From positions 1 through 41,193 of the forward strand of contig DASYBA010000090.1 in assembly GCA_036501005.1 (NCBI GenBank): a DNA stretch of 41,193 nt, in the 5' to 3' direction. Below the pieces are notes generated by a model that was not told the origin of the DNA, searched no databases, and saw nothing but the letters and a program-made list of their open reading frames with translations. The stretch is from Candidatus Xenobia bacterium. Lineage in GTDB: Bacteria > Vulcanimicrobiota > Xenobia > RGZZ01 > DASYBA01. A program made the translations under genes and the position numbers. Numbering within the stretch: the first letter of the stretch is position 1; each line of letters begins with the position of its first letter. Below are positions 16,964 to 26,453 of this stretch, in pieces.

Positions 16964-18106
16964 ATGCCCACTGACTTCTTGACCGGCCTCGAGTGCAGCG
17001 CCTGCCACCAGCGGCAGACACCGGATCGGCTGCACAACCTCTGCCCGCACTGCCAGAAACCCCTGCTGGCGCGCTACGACCTGGAGCGGGCGGCCCAGAC
17101 GCTGAGGCTGGGGGACATGGCCGGGCGGCCCGCGTCCATGTGGCGTTACCGGGAGGTCATGCCGGCCCGTCGCCCGCTGAGCCTGGGCGAAGGCTGGACG
17201 CCCCTTCTCCCGGTGCGAGACTACCCCCACCTGCTGGTCAAGGACGAGGCCCTCAACCCGACCGGGAGCTTCAAGGCCCGAGGGCTGTCGGCGGCCGTCA
17301 GCATGGCGGTCGAACTGGGGGCCAAGGGCCTGGTGATTCCCAGCGCGGGCAACGCGGCCGGCGCCATGAGTGCGTACGCTGCCCAGGCCGGCCTGCCCGC
17401 CCACGTCTTCATGCCGGCCGACGTCCCGGCACCTTTTCGTATCGAATGCGAGGTGCTGGGGGCGACGGTCACGCTGGTCGACGGCCTCATCACCGATTGC
17501 GGGGCCCGGGCTCGGGCGGCGGCGCAGGAACACGGCTGGTTCGACGTGAGTACGCTCAAGGAGCCCTATCGGGTCGAGGGCAAGAAGACGCTGGGGTACG
17601 AGCTGTTCGAACAACTGGGGCGTCTGCCCGACGTCGTGATCTACCCGACGGGCGGAGGCACGGGCATGGTCGGCATGTGGAAGGCGTTCCAGGAGATGGA
17701 GGCGATGGGCTGGATCGACGGTCGCCGCCCTCGCATGGTCAGTGTGCAGAGCACGGGATGTGCGCCCATCGTGCGGGCGTTCGAGCAAGGCGACCAGCAC
17801 GCCGCCATGTGGGAGGGTGCCCGCACGGTGGCCGATGGCTTGCGAGTGCCGGCCGCCGTGGGCGACTTCTTGATTCTACAAGCGGTGCGGGAGAGCAGCG
17901 GAACGGCCGTGGCGATTGCCGATGCCGACCTCCTGCAAGGGGCCCGCACGCTGAGCCGGCTGTCGGGCACGTTCGCGGCGCCGGAAGGCGGCGCCTGCAT
18001 GGCCGCTTACCTCAAGCTACGGAATTCGGGCTGGCTCCGAGACGGCGAACAGGTCGTGCTGTTCAACACGGGTACTGGGCTGAAGTACCACCACGCCTTC
18101 GCCTGA
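16964..18106 (+). CDS. thrC: threonine synthase-type PLP enzyme (fold type II) with N-terminal Cys4 zinc ribbon
   Basis: CSACH...CPHC ribbon. PLP-lysine block NPTGSFKARGLS. Glycine loop YPTGGGTGMVG. About 380 aa. Confidence 0.75.
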   Translation: MPTDFLTGLECSACHQRQTPDRLHNLCPHCQKPLLARYDLERAAQTLRLGDMAGRPASMWRYREVMPARRPLSLGEGWTPLLPVRDYPHLLVKDEALNPTGSFKARGLSAAVSMAVELGAKGLVIPSAGNAAGAMSAYAAQAGLPAHVFMPADVPAPFRIECEVLGATVTLVDGLITDCGARARAAAQEHGWFDVSTLKEPYRVEGKKTLGYELFEQLGRLPDVVIYPTGGGTGMVGMWKAFQEMEAMGWIDGRRPRMVSVQSTGCAPIVRAFEQGDQHAAMWEGARTVADGLRVPAAVGDFLILQAVRESSGTAVAIADADLLQGARTLSRLSGTFAAPEGGACMAAYLKLRNSGWLRDGEQVVLFNTGTGLKYHHAFA

Positions 18107-19222
18107 CTACTCGAACAACCCGCCTCCGTCCCCTGTCGAATCGACATTCCCCGTCTGGGGGTTCGGCCCGCTCTGGTCATTCAACATGATGAAGGGAGCG
18201 CTGGTCGCGGGGACCAGTCCGTTGCTCGTGCCCTGCAGAGTGAAATTCGAGCCCTGCACGTTGATGCTGAGCCCCGGAAAGGTCGCTATGCCCTGTGCGG
18301 CGGCCAGGCTGACGTTCCCGGCCAGGAAGCCCCCGCTGGGGTTGTTGAGAATGGCCAGGTCGACCGTGGCCGACGACGTGTTGACGATCACCCCATTCGC
18401 ATCTTCGACGGCCACCTCGGGCGAGGGGACAAACGGGATGTTCATGGTGGTGACGGGAAACGGTTGCACCGTAAAGGCCAGTTGAGTCGGCGCCCCGGCG
18501 CCGGCCACGACGTTGAAGGGCGCACTGGTGACGGGCGGGGCCGCGTCACACGACGCCACCAGCGTGTCTCCGCTGCCCGTGGTATTGAAGGTGAGGCCGC
18601 TGAAGGTGGCCAGGCCAAACACGGGCGTCACGCTGACGCCCGCCACGGTCACGGCATCGGCGGCCCCGACGGCGATGTTGTTGGTCGCATCTACCAGACC
18701 CACCACGATGCTGTTGAGGCTGGCGCCCGCCACCACGTTGGCCGGCTCGCTCACAAACACGAGCTGAGCGATGGCATTGGGCGGCCCGATCGTGACCTGC
18801 ACGGTGGGGGCCGCATCGATATTCACGTAGACCTGGTTGGTGCCCGTAATGATGGGGCTGCCGCCCCCGTCCAGGGCTTGCACGCCGACAGTCTCGGTCT
18901 CTACCGCGGGCACGTTGTTGAACGTCTGGACAGCCGGCGTGCCGCCGCTATAGGGCACCTGGGTCTGGTCGACCAGGTCGCCCTGTTGATCGGTGACCGT
19001 ATAAAGCAGGCTCTGCGTAGTGGCCGGGAGCGCCGGATTGGTCACCTGCACCAGCACGGATCCATCGGCCGGCACAAAACCATTGGAATTCTGGTCTCCG
19101 CCGGTCGCTGCAGCCGGGACGGGGCCTGCGAAACCGCCCGCCTGGGAGCCACCTCCCACACCGCCGCCACATCCCGCCAGACCTAGAGCCAAGACCGCAA
19201 TGCAACAGTATTTCTTCTTCAT
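18107..19222 (-). CDS. lipoprotein with repeated Ig-like (Big-type) beta-sandwich segments
   Basis: Lipobox MKKKYCCIAVLALGLAGCGG at the internal ATG (19222). Repeated ...QLVFVSEPANVVAGASLNSIVVGLVDATNN... and ...QLAFTVQPFPV...EVAVEDANG... units. The upstream extension to 19393 is unlikely. Confidence 0.65.
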   Translation of the reverse strand: MKKKYCCIAVLALGLAGCGGGVGGGSQAGGFAGPVPAAATGGDQNSNGFVPADGSVLVQVTNPALPATTQSLLYTVTDQQGDLVDQTQVPYSGGTPAVQTFNNVPAVETETVGVQALDGGGSPIITGTNQVYVNIDAAPTVQVTIGPPNAIAQLVFVSEPANVVAGASLNSIVVGLVDATNNIAVGAADAVTVAGVSVTPVFGLATFSGLTFNTTGSGDTLVASCDAAPPVTSAPFNVVAGAGAPTQLAFTVQPFPVTTMNIPFVPSPEVAVEDANGVIVNTSSATVDLAILNNPSGGFLAGNVSLAAAQGIATFPGLSINVQGSNFTLQGTSNGLVPATSAPFIMLNDQSGPNPQTGNVDSTGDGGGLFE

Positions 19223-19302
19223 GGCTCGATGGTACCCCCCGGCGCCCCTTTGCGCCAGTCTCCGCCGGGCTAGGATACAGTAGCCGAGCGGTGCGCGACT
19301 TT

Positions 19303-21207
19303 TCAGCGCCGGTGGGAGACGTACACCCGGGCAGACCATGGTTCGATACGCGTGCACCGCTCCACCCACTGCTCTTCCAGCACTTCGAACCAACGAAGAC
19401 CCTCGGGCCAGGCTGGAATGTCGTAGTGGTCGGACGAGAAGTCGGAAAAGTTCACCACGACGGCGACGGCGTTCGGGAGCGTGCCTCGCAGGTAGACGGC
19501 GACGTTCTGGTCGTCATCCCAGTGGATGAATTCTGTGTCGTTGACGGCCAGGGCATCATGCACGGTGCGCAGCCGCACTAGCCGGCTCACGTCGGCAAAA
19601 AGTTCGGCGCGCCACGGTTCCTCCAGACGTTCGAAGCCGACCGGGTCGATCTCTTTCGAATCATCGCCCGGGACGTCCATGATGTCTCCAAACTCGTCCC
19701 CGGCCAGGATCATGGGCATGCCCACGGCGGTCAACAGCACGGCGAAGGCGAGTCTCAGCCGGCTCTCTTTCTCAACCACACCATGGTTGTCCAGGTAGTT
19801 GTAGATTCGCTCGTTGCCGTCGCCCCCGGTGTCGTGAGACGTGATGTAGTTGACCGCCTGGGTGCCGTCGCTGAACCCCAGCGTTCGACAGTCCACGACT
19901 TTCGAAAGGGTCGCCTGGAACGACTCGCCACTCTCGCCGACGAGGAGCCCCCGCAAGAGCCCCTTGAACGGCTCGTTCCACAAGCCGTCCAGTCGCTGCT
20001 CGTGCACCTGGTGAACGGGCACGGAAAGCTCTTCGCCAACCACGATGAACGGGGCGTCTTGCCCTGCCCGGGCCAAAAACGTCGCCCAGGCAAAGTCCTT
20101 GAATTCCTGCACGAAGTCCCAGTTGGCGATGTTGTTGACGCTGTCCATGCGAATGCCGTCGATATGGTAGTAGTCAATCCACCACGCTATGTGCGCTTTG
20201 AGAAACTGCCGGGCTGGCGACAGCTCGCGCCGCTCGCCGTCCAGCGGATCAGTGGCCTCGACCCAGTGATCGAAGCGGAAAAGATCGCCGCCGAAACCGT
20301 CTCGATCGCCCTGTTCGGGATCGCCGCTGCCCCACTGCACCAGAAAGTCTGCAAAGTTGATGTGGCGATACGGCATGTCGCGGCAGAACGCCATGACGGC
20401 GTCGTAGATGAAGCGAATGCCTCGTTGATGGCAGTGGCCGATCAGCTCGGCCAGATCGTGACAGGCCGAAGGGTGCGACTGCCCGTCGGGCGTGCCCAGA
20501 AAGAACGCCGGCGCGAAATAGCTGGAGGTGCCGTAGCCCCAGCCGTACTGCGATGGGTTGTCAGCCGGAGGCAGCAACTCAAGCGCGTTTACGCCCAGTT
20601 CGATGATGTGGGCCCGGGCTGAGCTGGCGGCCTTCAGCCGGGGGTGGGACGGAGAGGCGTGCGCAACCGATACCAGGGACAGCACGTCCTGGAACGTTCC
20701 GTTACCGATGGGTTCTGCGGCCTTGGCATCCTCGACTTTGACCCAGCGGGTGGGCAGTTCGTACATGACGATCCGATTATTGGGAGGGAGCTGTGACGAT
20801 CGGGGCTCACGATGCCACTCGGCGGTCCGGCCATCCGGATCCGACGGCTGCAAGTGGCCGTCGACATAGCGGGTCACGGCGGCCGGGTCGCTCGTGACAG
20901 GCGCCAGCAGGCGGCGGTCGACGGTCCACGCAATGGGATCGGTGCAGTCGACGGTGCCGCGGTGGTCGGCATATGGATCGGTGTCCTTGACCCGGAACCA
21001 GTAGTGATAGACCTGGCCGTCTTTCAAACCGCACTCGGCGGCGGGAATTTCGAAAACGTCGTCCGATACCTTCTGGAGGGCGATGTCACGAAAGTCGTGG
21101 TTGCCGTACGTTCCAATATGGAGGACCGGAGCGGGACCGGGACCGGGACGCCACAGCAGGAAGTGGGTGGTGCGCCGGCCCAGCAGGCCCTTGGTCAGCG
21201 TCTTCAT
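19303..21207 (-). CDS. GH13 alpha-amylase-family glycoside hydrolase with N-terminal E-set/CBM48-like domain
   Basis: GH13 conserved regions: IYDAVMAF (region I-like), IDGIRMDSV (nucleophile Asp), VVGEELS (acid/base Glu), YITSHD (region IV). Confidence 0.85.
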   Translation of the reverse strand: MKTLTKGLLGRRTTHFLLWRPGPGPAPVLHIGTYGNHDFRDIALQKVSDDVFEIPAAECGLKDGQVYHYWFRVKDTDPYADHRGTVDCTDPIAWTVDRRLLAPVTSDPAAVTRYVDGHLQPSDPDGRTAEWHREPRSSQLPPNNRIVMYELPTRWVKVEDAKAAEPIGNGTFQDVLSLVSVAHASPSHPRLKAASSARAHIIELGVNALELLPPADNPSQYGWGYGTSSYFAPAFFLGTPDGQSHPSACHDLAELIGHCHQRGIRFIYDAVMAFCRDMPYRHINFADFLVQWGSGDPEQGDRDGFGGDLFRFDHWVEATDPLDGERRELSPARQFLKAHIAWWIDYYHIDGIRMDSVNNIANWDFVQEFKDFAWATFLARAGQDAPFIVVGEELSVPVHQVHEQRLDGLWNEPFKGLLRGLLVGESGESFQATLSKVVDCRTLGFSDGTQAVNYITSHDTGGDGNERIYNYLDNHGVVEKESRLRLAFAVLLTAVGMPMILAGDEFGDIMDVPGDDSKEIDPVGFERLEEPWRAELFADVSRLVRLRTVHDALAVNDTEFIHWDDDQNVAVYLRGTLPNAVAVVVNFSDFSSDHYDIPAWPEGLRWFEVLEEQWVERCTRIEPWSARVYVSHRR

Positions 21208-21728
21208 GGGTCGAACCTCAAGGTAGAGATAATCTTTTCCCAGCGCGGTTTCATGACGGCGAACTGCTCTGGATAGGTGGTGGCGAAGAACATATAGGCC
21301 TTATGCCTGGGCTGGTTCAACACGACATAGCCGCAGCTCTTGCATTTGACGCTGCCCCACCTGCCATGGTCATCCTGGGCGTCCTTGACGCTATCGAAGG
21401 TAAAGCCGTACAGCCCGGACAGCACCTTGACCTCCGACACGGTCGTGATGCTCTTGGCCGTCTGGCTGATCTTCCAGCACATGTCCTGGCAAACGTCCTT
21501 GGGGTCGCTCTTGGTGGTGGGCGAGATGGCCATGTGCAGGTTGTAGTAGGCGTCGCCGTTGACGTACTCGATATTCCACATCTCGTCCCCGGCCCGCGAT
21601 GGCGTCCAGTTAATGCCGCTGCCCTCGTAGGTGATCTGGTAACCGTTCGCTTCATCGTGGTAGGTCTTGGGCGCGGCCAGGGCGACCTGGGTCAGTAGAA
21701 GCGCCAGAAGTATGAATCGTTTGAGCAT
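21204..21728 (-). CDS. secreted protein of unknown function (174 aa), translationally coupled to the GH13 gene
   Basis: Signal peptide MLKRFILLALLLTQVALA/AP. Its TGA overlaps the GH13 ATG (ATGA at 21204-21207). Lower GC than its neighbours. Confidence 0.65.
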   Translation of the reverse strand: MLKRFILLALLLTQVALAAPKTYHDEANGYQITYEGSGINWTPSRAGDEMWNIEYVNGDAYYNLHMAISPTTKSDPKDVCQDMCWKISQTAKSITTVSEVKVLSGLYGFTFDSVKDAQDDHGRWGSVKCKSCGYVVLNQPRHKAYMFFATTYPEQFAVMKPRWEKIISTLRFDP

Positions 21729-21886
21729 GTGGACCTCGCAAAAGACGTCGTGGGGCCCTCGCAGTTCTCAGGGGGGTGTGACCAACCCTGCCTGTTTCCA
21801 AAACGTTGCAGATGTTAACAAGAAGTTGCTTGATGGGGTCGACGCGGGGGCGTAAACTGCAAAGCAGATTGCGACAGGAGTAAGCC

Positions 21887-23470
21887 ATGAACGCCCTTTC
21901 CGCCCTCGGCAACACCCGCCCGCCAGCCGCCAAAGAAGACCGCGTCGAGCTGCCCGGGAGCAGTTTCCCGGCCCCTCCGGGCTCGGTGTCGAGGAAAGCC
22001 GCGAATCCGGCCGAACCCCTGACGGTTTCGCTCATCCTCAAGAGCCCCAAGCCGCTGCCGGATGCGGCCGGCCCGTTCAAGCAGATGAGTGCGGAAGAGC
22101 ACAAGCAATACGAGGCGAGCCCGGCCCAGATCGAACAGGTGCGGCGGTTTGCCAAGACCAACGGCCTGTCCGTCGCCAGTGTCGACGCCGAGACCCGCAC
22201 GGTCAAGCTGCAGGGCACCGTGGCCGATTGCGACAAGGCCTTCGGCGTCAAGCTCAACCAAATGCAGGCGGGCGGCAAGTCCTTCCGAGGCTATCAGGGC
22301 ACGGCCTCCCTGCCTCGCAGCCTGGCCAGCCAGGTGGAAGGGGTGTTCGGCCTGTCGGACCGTGCGGCTGTCCGACCCCGAGCCGTCATGGCCCCGAAGG
22401 GCTTCGGCGGGAGCGGGTACATGGCGCCCGAAGTCGGCCAGCTCTACAACTTTCCCAAGGGGGTGGACGGCACCGGCCAGACCATCGGCATTATCGAGTT
22501 CGGCGGCGGCTACAATCAGGCCGACCTCAAGCGCTACTTCGACAAGGCGGGCCTGCCTGTGCCCAAGATTACCAGCGTCGGGATCGATGGCGTCGACAAC
22601 AAACCCAACGTCGACAACGACGTCGACGGTGAAGTGGCACTCGATATCGAGGTGGCCGGCTCGGTCGCCCCGGGCGCCAACGTCGTCGTGTACTTCGCTC
22701 CCGATACGGAACAGGGCTTCATCGACGCCATCAATACCGCGGCGCACGACAAGGTGAACAATCCCAAGACCCTGTCCATCAGTTGGGGGTCTCCGGAGGA
22801 CAGCAAGAACGATCCGCCGCCCAGCGGCTGGTCCGATGCCGGCCGCACGGCTGTCGACCAGGCCTGCAAGGACGCCGCCAACCTGGGCGTCAACATCTTC
22901 GTGGCTTCGGGCGACGACGGCTCGGCCGACGGCACCCACGACGGCAAGCCGCATGCCGACATGCCCGCCTCGAGCCCGTCGGTCGTGGCGGTGGGCGGCA
23001 CCCGCCTCGATTCCGACGGCGCGGGCCACAAGACCGGCGAAGTCGCCTGGGGCGACGGTTCATGGGGCGGTGCATCGGGCGGCGGCATCAGCAAGGACTT
23101 CCCGGTGCCGGATTTCCAGAAGGACTTGAAGCTGACCGGCCGAGGCACCCCCGACGTGGCCGGCAATGCCGCCCCGGAGACCGGCTATGACGTCATCTGG
23201 GATGGCTCGGAACAGTCCATCGGCGGCACCAGCGCTTCCGCGCCGCTATGGGCCGGGCTCACGGCACTGCTGGGCCAGGGCGTGGGTCAGCCGCTGGGCT
23301 ACCTCAACCCCTTCTACTACCAGCACCCGGAGGCATTCAACGACATCACCGAGGGGAACAACGGGGCCTACAAGGCCGGCCCCGGCTGGGATGCGGTCAC
23401 CGGCATGGGCTCCCCGGATGGCGGCAAGATGCTGGCGGCCCTGAAGGCACAGGCACCGAAGCAGAGCTAA
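21887..23470 (+). CDS. S53 family serine-carboxyl peptidase (sedolisin/kumamolisin-like) with pro-domain
   Basis: Pro-kumamolisin-type activation domain at the N-terminus. Catalytic blocks DGEVALDIE (Glu/Asp), LSISWG, and GGTSASAPLWAG (Ser). Confidence 0.85.
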   Translation: MNALSALGNTRPPAAKEDRVELPGSSFPAPPGSVSRKAANPAEPLTVSLILKSPKPLPDAAGPFKQMSAEEHKQYEASPAQIEQVRRFAKTNGLSVASVDAETRTVKLQGTVADCDKAFGVKLNQMQAGGKSFRGYQGTASLPRSLASQVEGVFGLSDRAAVRPRAVMAPKGFGGSGYMAPEVGQLYNFPKGVDGTGQTIGIIEFGGGYNQADLKRYFDKAGLPVPKITSVGIDGVDNKPNVDNDVDGEVALDIEVAGSVAPGANVVVYFAPDTEQGFIDAINTAAHDKVNNPKTLSISWGSPEDSKNDPPPSGWSDAGRTAVDQACKDAANLGVNIFVASGDDGSADGTHDGKPHADMPASSPSVVAVGGTRLDSDGAGHKTGEVAWGDGSWGGASGGGISKDFPVPDFQKDLKLTGRGTPDVAGNAAPETGYDVIWDGSEQSIGGTSASAPLWAGLTALLGQGVGQPLGYLNPFYYQHPEAFNDITEGNNGAYKAGPGWDAVTGMGSPDGGKMLAALKAQAPKQS

Positions 23471-23485
23471 TCGAATACCGGTGGC

Positions 23486-24274
23486 ATGGAGTGGTTACCG
23501 GACAGACGTCGGGTCGCGGTCGCCGACGGGGTTGAACTGAGCGTGGTCGACCAGGCACCCGCTCGCGCGGCCGAGTGCCTGGTCTTCATCCACGGGGCAG
23601 CCGGGCATCTCGTGCACTGGCAGCACATGATCAAGCATTTCAGCCCGACGTATCGGACGGTCGCCATGGACCTGCGGGGCCACGGCGAATCCGACAAGCC
23701 TGAGTCGACCTATGCTCTCGAAGAGCTGGTGGCTGATGTGGAACGCCTGGTGGAGCAGTTGGCCTTGCCCGAGCGGTTCGTGCTGGTCGCCCACTGTTTC
23801 GGGGCCGCTCTCGCGTTGACGTACGCCGCCCGACATTCCGAGCGGCTGCGCAAGATGGTGCTGATCAGCACGTCGTCGCTGATTCCGCTCACCCCGGTGT
23901 GGCGACCCTTGTTGACGCTCCCGACCGTGCTGGTGGAACCGGTGCGGCGCATGGTGGCGAAGCGCGTGTGTTGCCCCACCCACGTGCTCAAACAGTTCCT
24001 GCCTCGCACGGTCTACCCGTGGAACGGCTGGAACCTGCTCGAGCAGATCAAGACGCCGACCCTGGTGTTGATTGCCGAGAACGACAAAATCATTCCACCC
24101 GCCTACACGCGCCGCATGGCCGAGCACATCGTCGGGTCCCGGGTGGAGGTCATCCGACATAGCTGGCACCTGCCCATCTTGGAGCGCCCAGACGCCGTCA
24201 ATCGGGCCATGGAGCGCTTCCTCACCGACCAGGTCAAGTCGTGGCGGGGCACGGTGGAGACGCCGGCCGAGTGA
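23486..24274 (+). CDS. alpha/beta-fold hydrolase/acyltransferase with Cys in the nucleophile-elbow position
   Basis: Oxyanion block VFIHGAAG. The nucleophile elbow reads VAHCFGA (TGT at 23795-23797) where the family has G-H-S-x-G. Asp (ENDKIIP) and His (SWHLPILE) are retained. Confidence 0.8.
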   Translation: MEWLPDRRRVAVADGVELSVVDQAPARAAECLVFIHGAAGHLVHWQHMIKHFSPTYRTVAMDLRGHGESDKPESTYALEELVADVERLVEQLALPERFVLVAHCFGAALALTYAARHSERLRKMVLISTSSLIPLTPVWRPLLTLPTVLVEPVRRMVAKRVCCPTHVLKQFLPRTVYPWNGWNLLEQIKTPTLVLIAENDKIIPPAYTRRMAEHIVGSRVEVIRHSWHLPILERPDAVNRAMERFLTDQVKSWRGTVETPAE

Positions 24275-25857
24275 CGATTCCCGAGCTTCTCGACGCGTCA
24301 CCCGATGGGGTGGCGGTGGTCTTCGGCAGCCACCGGGTGTCCTATGACGAGCTTCGCCGGCAAAGCCATGCCGTCGCGGCGGCCTTGGGCCGGGCCGGCG
24401 TCGGGGAGGGAGACCGGGTGCTGCTGTTGATGCCCAACATGCCCGCGTGGCTGGCCTGCTGGTTCGGCATCCTGCGATGTGGTGCGGTGGCCGTTCCCGT
24501 GCCGGTGACGGCGAGTGACACCGAGATCGATACCATCGCGGCCGAGGTACAGCCGGCGGGCATGATTTCGATTCGCATGTTCTATCCCGTGGTCTTGCGC
24601 ATGAGAACCTATACGGACCTGAAAGCCGTCATGATGGTGCACATTCGGGAGTACCTGAAAGTCTTCAAGCAGGCGCTTTTTCCGCTGTTGTCGGACCGGA
24701 TGGGGGCTGCCGCCTCGCCCGCCACGCGGGACCCGGAGGTGCTTTGGTTCCAGCAAGTCGTGCGCGAAGGAGGCAAAGTAGCGGTTCCAGTCTCGGACGA
24801 GGCCTTGGCTTCGGTGGTGTATACCAGCGGCGCGACCGACCGGCCGAAAGGCGTCATGCTGTCGCACCGCAACCTGGTGTCCAATGCACTGCAGTTGAAA
24901 GAGTGGGCGGGGGCGCGAGGCGCCGGGTCGATATTGGCGGCCCTGCCGTTGTCGCAACTCTACGCCGTCACCGGCTGTATCCACCTGGGTGCGCTGCTGG
25001 GGGCGACCCTCGTCTTGCTGCCGACGTTCGACATGAACGACGTGATGGACGCCATGAAGGCCCACCATCCCACGCTCTTCCCCGGCGTGCCGTCGATGTA
25101 CATGCGCCTGGCCGAGCATCGGGGCATTCGAGGGGCAGCCGTCTCCGGACTCAGGGCCTGCATCAGCGGCGGGGCGCCCTTGCCGGTGGAAGTGCAGGAG
25201 GCGTTTGAGCGGTTGACCCGGAGCCGCCTGGTCGAAGGCTACGGTCTCATCGAGTGTGGCCCCGTGACGCATGCCAGTCCACTGGATGGGCACAAGACGG
25301 GAACCATTGGAAGGGTGTTGCCGCAGACGGAAGCCCGCATCGTGGGATTGGAGTCTCGCGAGCCGCTGCCGGTCGGAGAGGTCGGCGAGCTGGAGGTGCG
25401 GGGGCCACAGGTCATGATGGGCTATTATCACGCGCCCGAGCTGACCGAGAGGGCTTTTCACGACGGCTGGCTGCGCACGGGTGACCTGGCCGTGTGCGAT
25501 ACGGAAGGGTACTACCAGATCGTTTGTCGGACACAGGACTTGATCGAAGTCGGCGACGGTCGGGTCATCTACCCGCGGGACGTGGAAGAGGTGCTGTACG
25601 AGCACCCGCAGGTGCTGGACGTGGCGGTTGTGGGCCTGGCCCGATCCGTCAAGGCGTGCGTGGTGCCGCGTCACGGTGAGTCGATACGGACCGGGGACCT
25701 CATCGAGTTCTGCCGACATCGACTGCCCGCGTGGAAGGTCCCGTCGGCCATCGAGGTGCGAGGATCGCTCCCGAGAACCGCGGACGGCAAGATTCTCTAT
25801 CGGGTGCTGCAAAACGAACTGTCGCGGGAGGCTTTCGTCATGGGGGATCAGATATAG
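24271..25857 (+). CDS. AMP-dependent acyl-CoA synthetase/ligase (ANL superfamily)
   Basis: AMP-binding motif YTSGATDRPKGVMLSH, plus GYGLIECG, TGDL and the C-terminal ..PRTADGKI. The GTG at 24271 overlaps the upstream TGA (GTGA). The ORF-track start at 24241 is less likely. Confidence 0.85.
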   Translation: MTIPELLDASPDGVAVVFGSHRVSYDELRRQSHAVAAALGRAGVGEGDRVLLLMPNMPAWLACWFGILRCGAVAVPVPVTASDTEIDTIAAEVQPAGMISIRMFYPVVLRMRTYTDLKAVMMVHIREYLKVFKQALFPLLSDRMGAAASPATRDPEVLWFQQVVREGGKVAVPVSDEALASVVYTSGATDRPKGVMLSHRNLVSNALQLKEWAGARGAGSILAALPLSQLYAVTGCIHLGALLGATLVLLPTFDMNDVMDAMKAHHPTLFPGVPSMYMRLAEHRGIRGAAVSGLRACISGGAPLPVEVQEAFERLTRSRLVEGYGLIECGPVTHASPLDGHKTGTIGRVLPQTEARIVGLESREPLPVGEVGELEVRGPQVMMGYYHAPELTERAFHDGWLRTGDLAVCDTEGYYQIVCRTQDLIEVGDGRVIYPRDVEEVLYEHPQVLDVAVVGLARSVKACVVPRHGESIRTGDLIEFCRHRLPAWKVPSAIEVRGSLPRTADGKILYRVLQNELSREAFVMGDQI

Positions 25858-26453
25858 GCCTGGCGAGCCTGCCAGATGGCATGGCACGTCACGTCGCCGT
25901 ACTCCAAGAGGAGGGCGAAGTCGCAGCCTTCTTCCCGGGCGTGACTGAGGGCTCGCGCGAGTCGCTCCAGGTCGGCCTTGACGTCGGCAGGAACTGGATG
26001 CTGCAGCAAGGCGCAGATAGTGTCGAGGCACTCCCACGGCCGGTGCCAGGCGAGGGTTTCGCCCTGGAACGGATCGCCGAAACCGAAGGTCGACAGGGGG
26101 GCCAGGCCAAGCTCCTCGGCCAGGGCGTCCAGTTGTTGGGAGCGGCGGGCCAGGGCATGACCGGACAGGTAGGCGGGGCTGTCGCCTGGGCGAGGTCTGT
26201 CGAATACGGGAATGATCCGAACGGCCGGGGAGCGGAAGCTGGAGACCGCACCGACCAACAGAAGCTGCGCGACGATGAGCCCGAAGAGCGCGGTCAGATG
26301 AACGTGCTGACCCCACCGATAATCGGTGAAGACGACCTGGGTGGAGGTGACGGCAAAGACCAGGCAGATGCACAGCCAGATGAGCACCGGCACGAGGTTG
26401 TCCCAACGGTGGCGGTAGTAGTAGGCGGGATAGCCCTGAGCGTCCCAGTTCAT
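25848..26453 (-). CDS. hypothetical membrane protein (201 aa: two TM helices + cytoplasmic C-terminal domain)
   Basis: ATG at 26453 (MNWDAQGYPAYYYRHRW). TM segments LVPVLIWLCICLVFAV and LTALFGLIVAQLLLVGAV. I recognised no motif. The 3' end overlaps the convergent ligase gene by 10 nt. Confidence 0.5.
   Translation of the reverse strand: MNWDAQGYPAYYYRHRWDNLVPVLIWLCICLVFAVTSTQVVFTDYRWGQHVHLTALFGLIVAQLLLVGAVSSFRSPAVRIIPVFDRPRPGDSPAYLSGHALARRSQQLDALAEELGLAPLSTFGFGDPFQGETLAWHRPWECLDTICALLQHPVPADVKADLERLARALSHAREEGCDFALLLEYGDVTCHAIWQARQAYI

Noticed and set aside
16993-18189. 398-aa alternative-frame ORF overlapping threonine synthase on the same strand
   Set aside because: The translation is Arg/Gly/Pro-rich with no motifs. 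The 16964 frame carries the zinc ribbon and the PLP-lysine motif.
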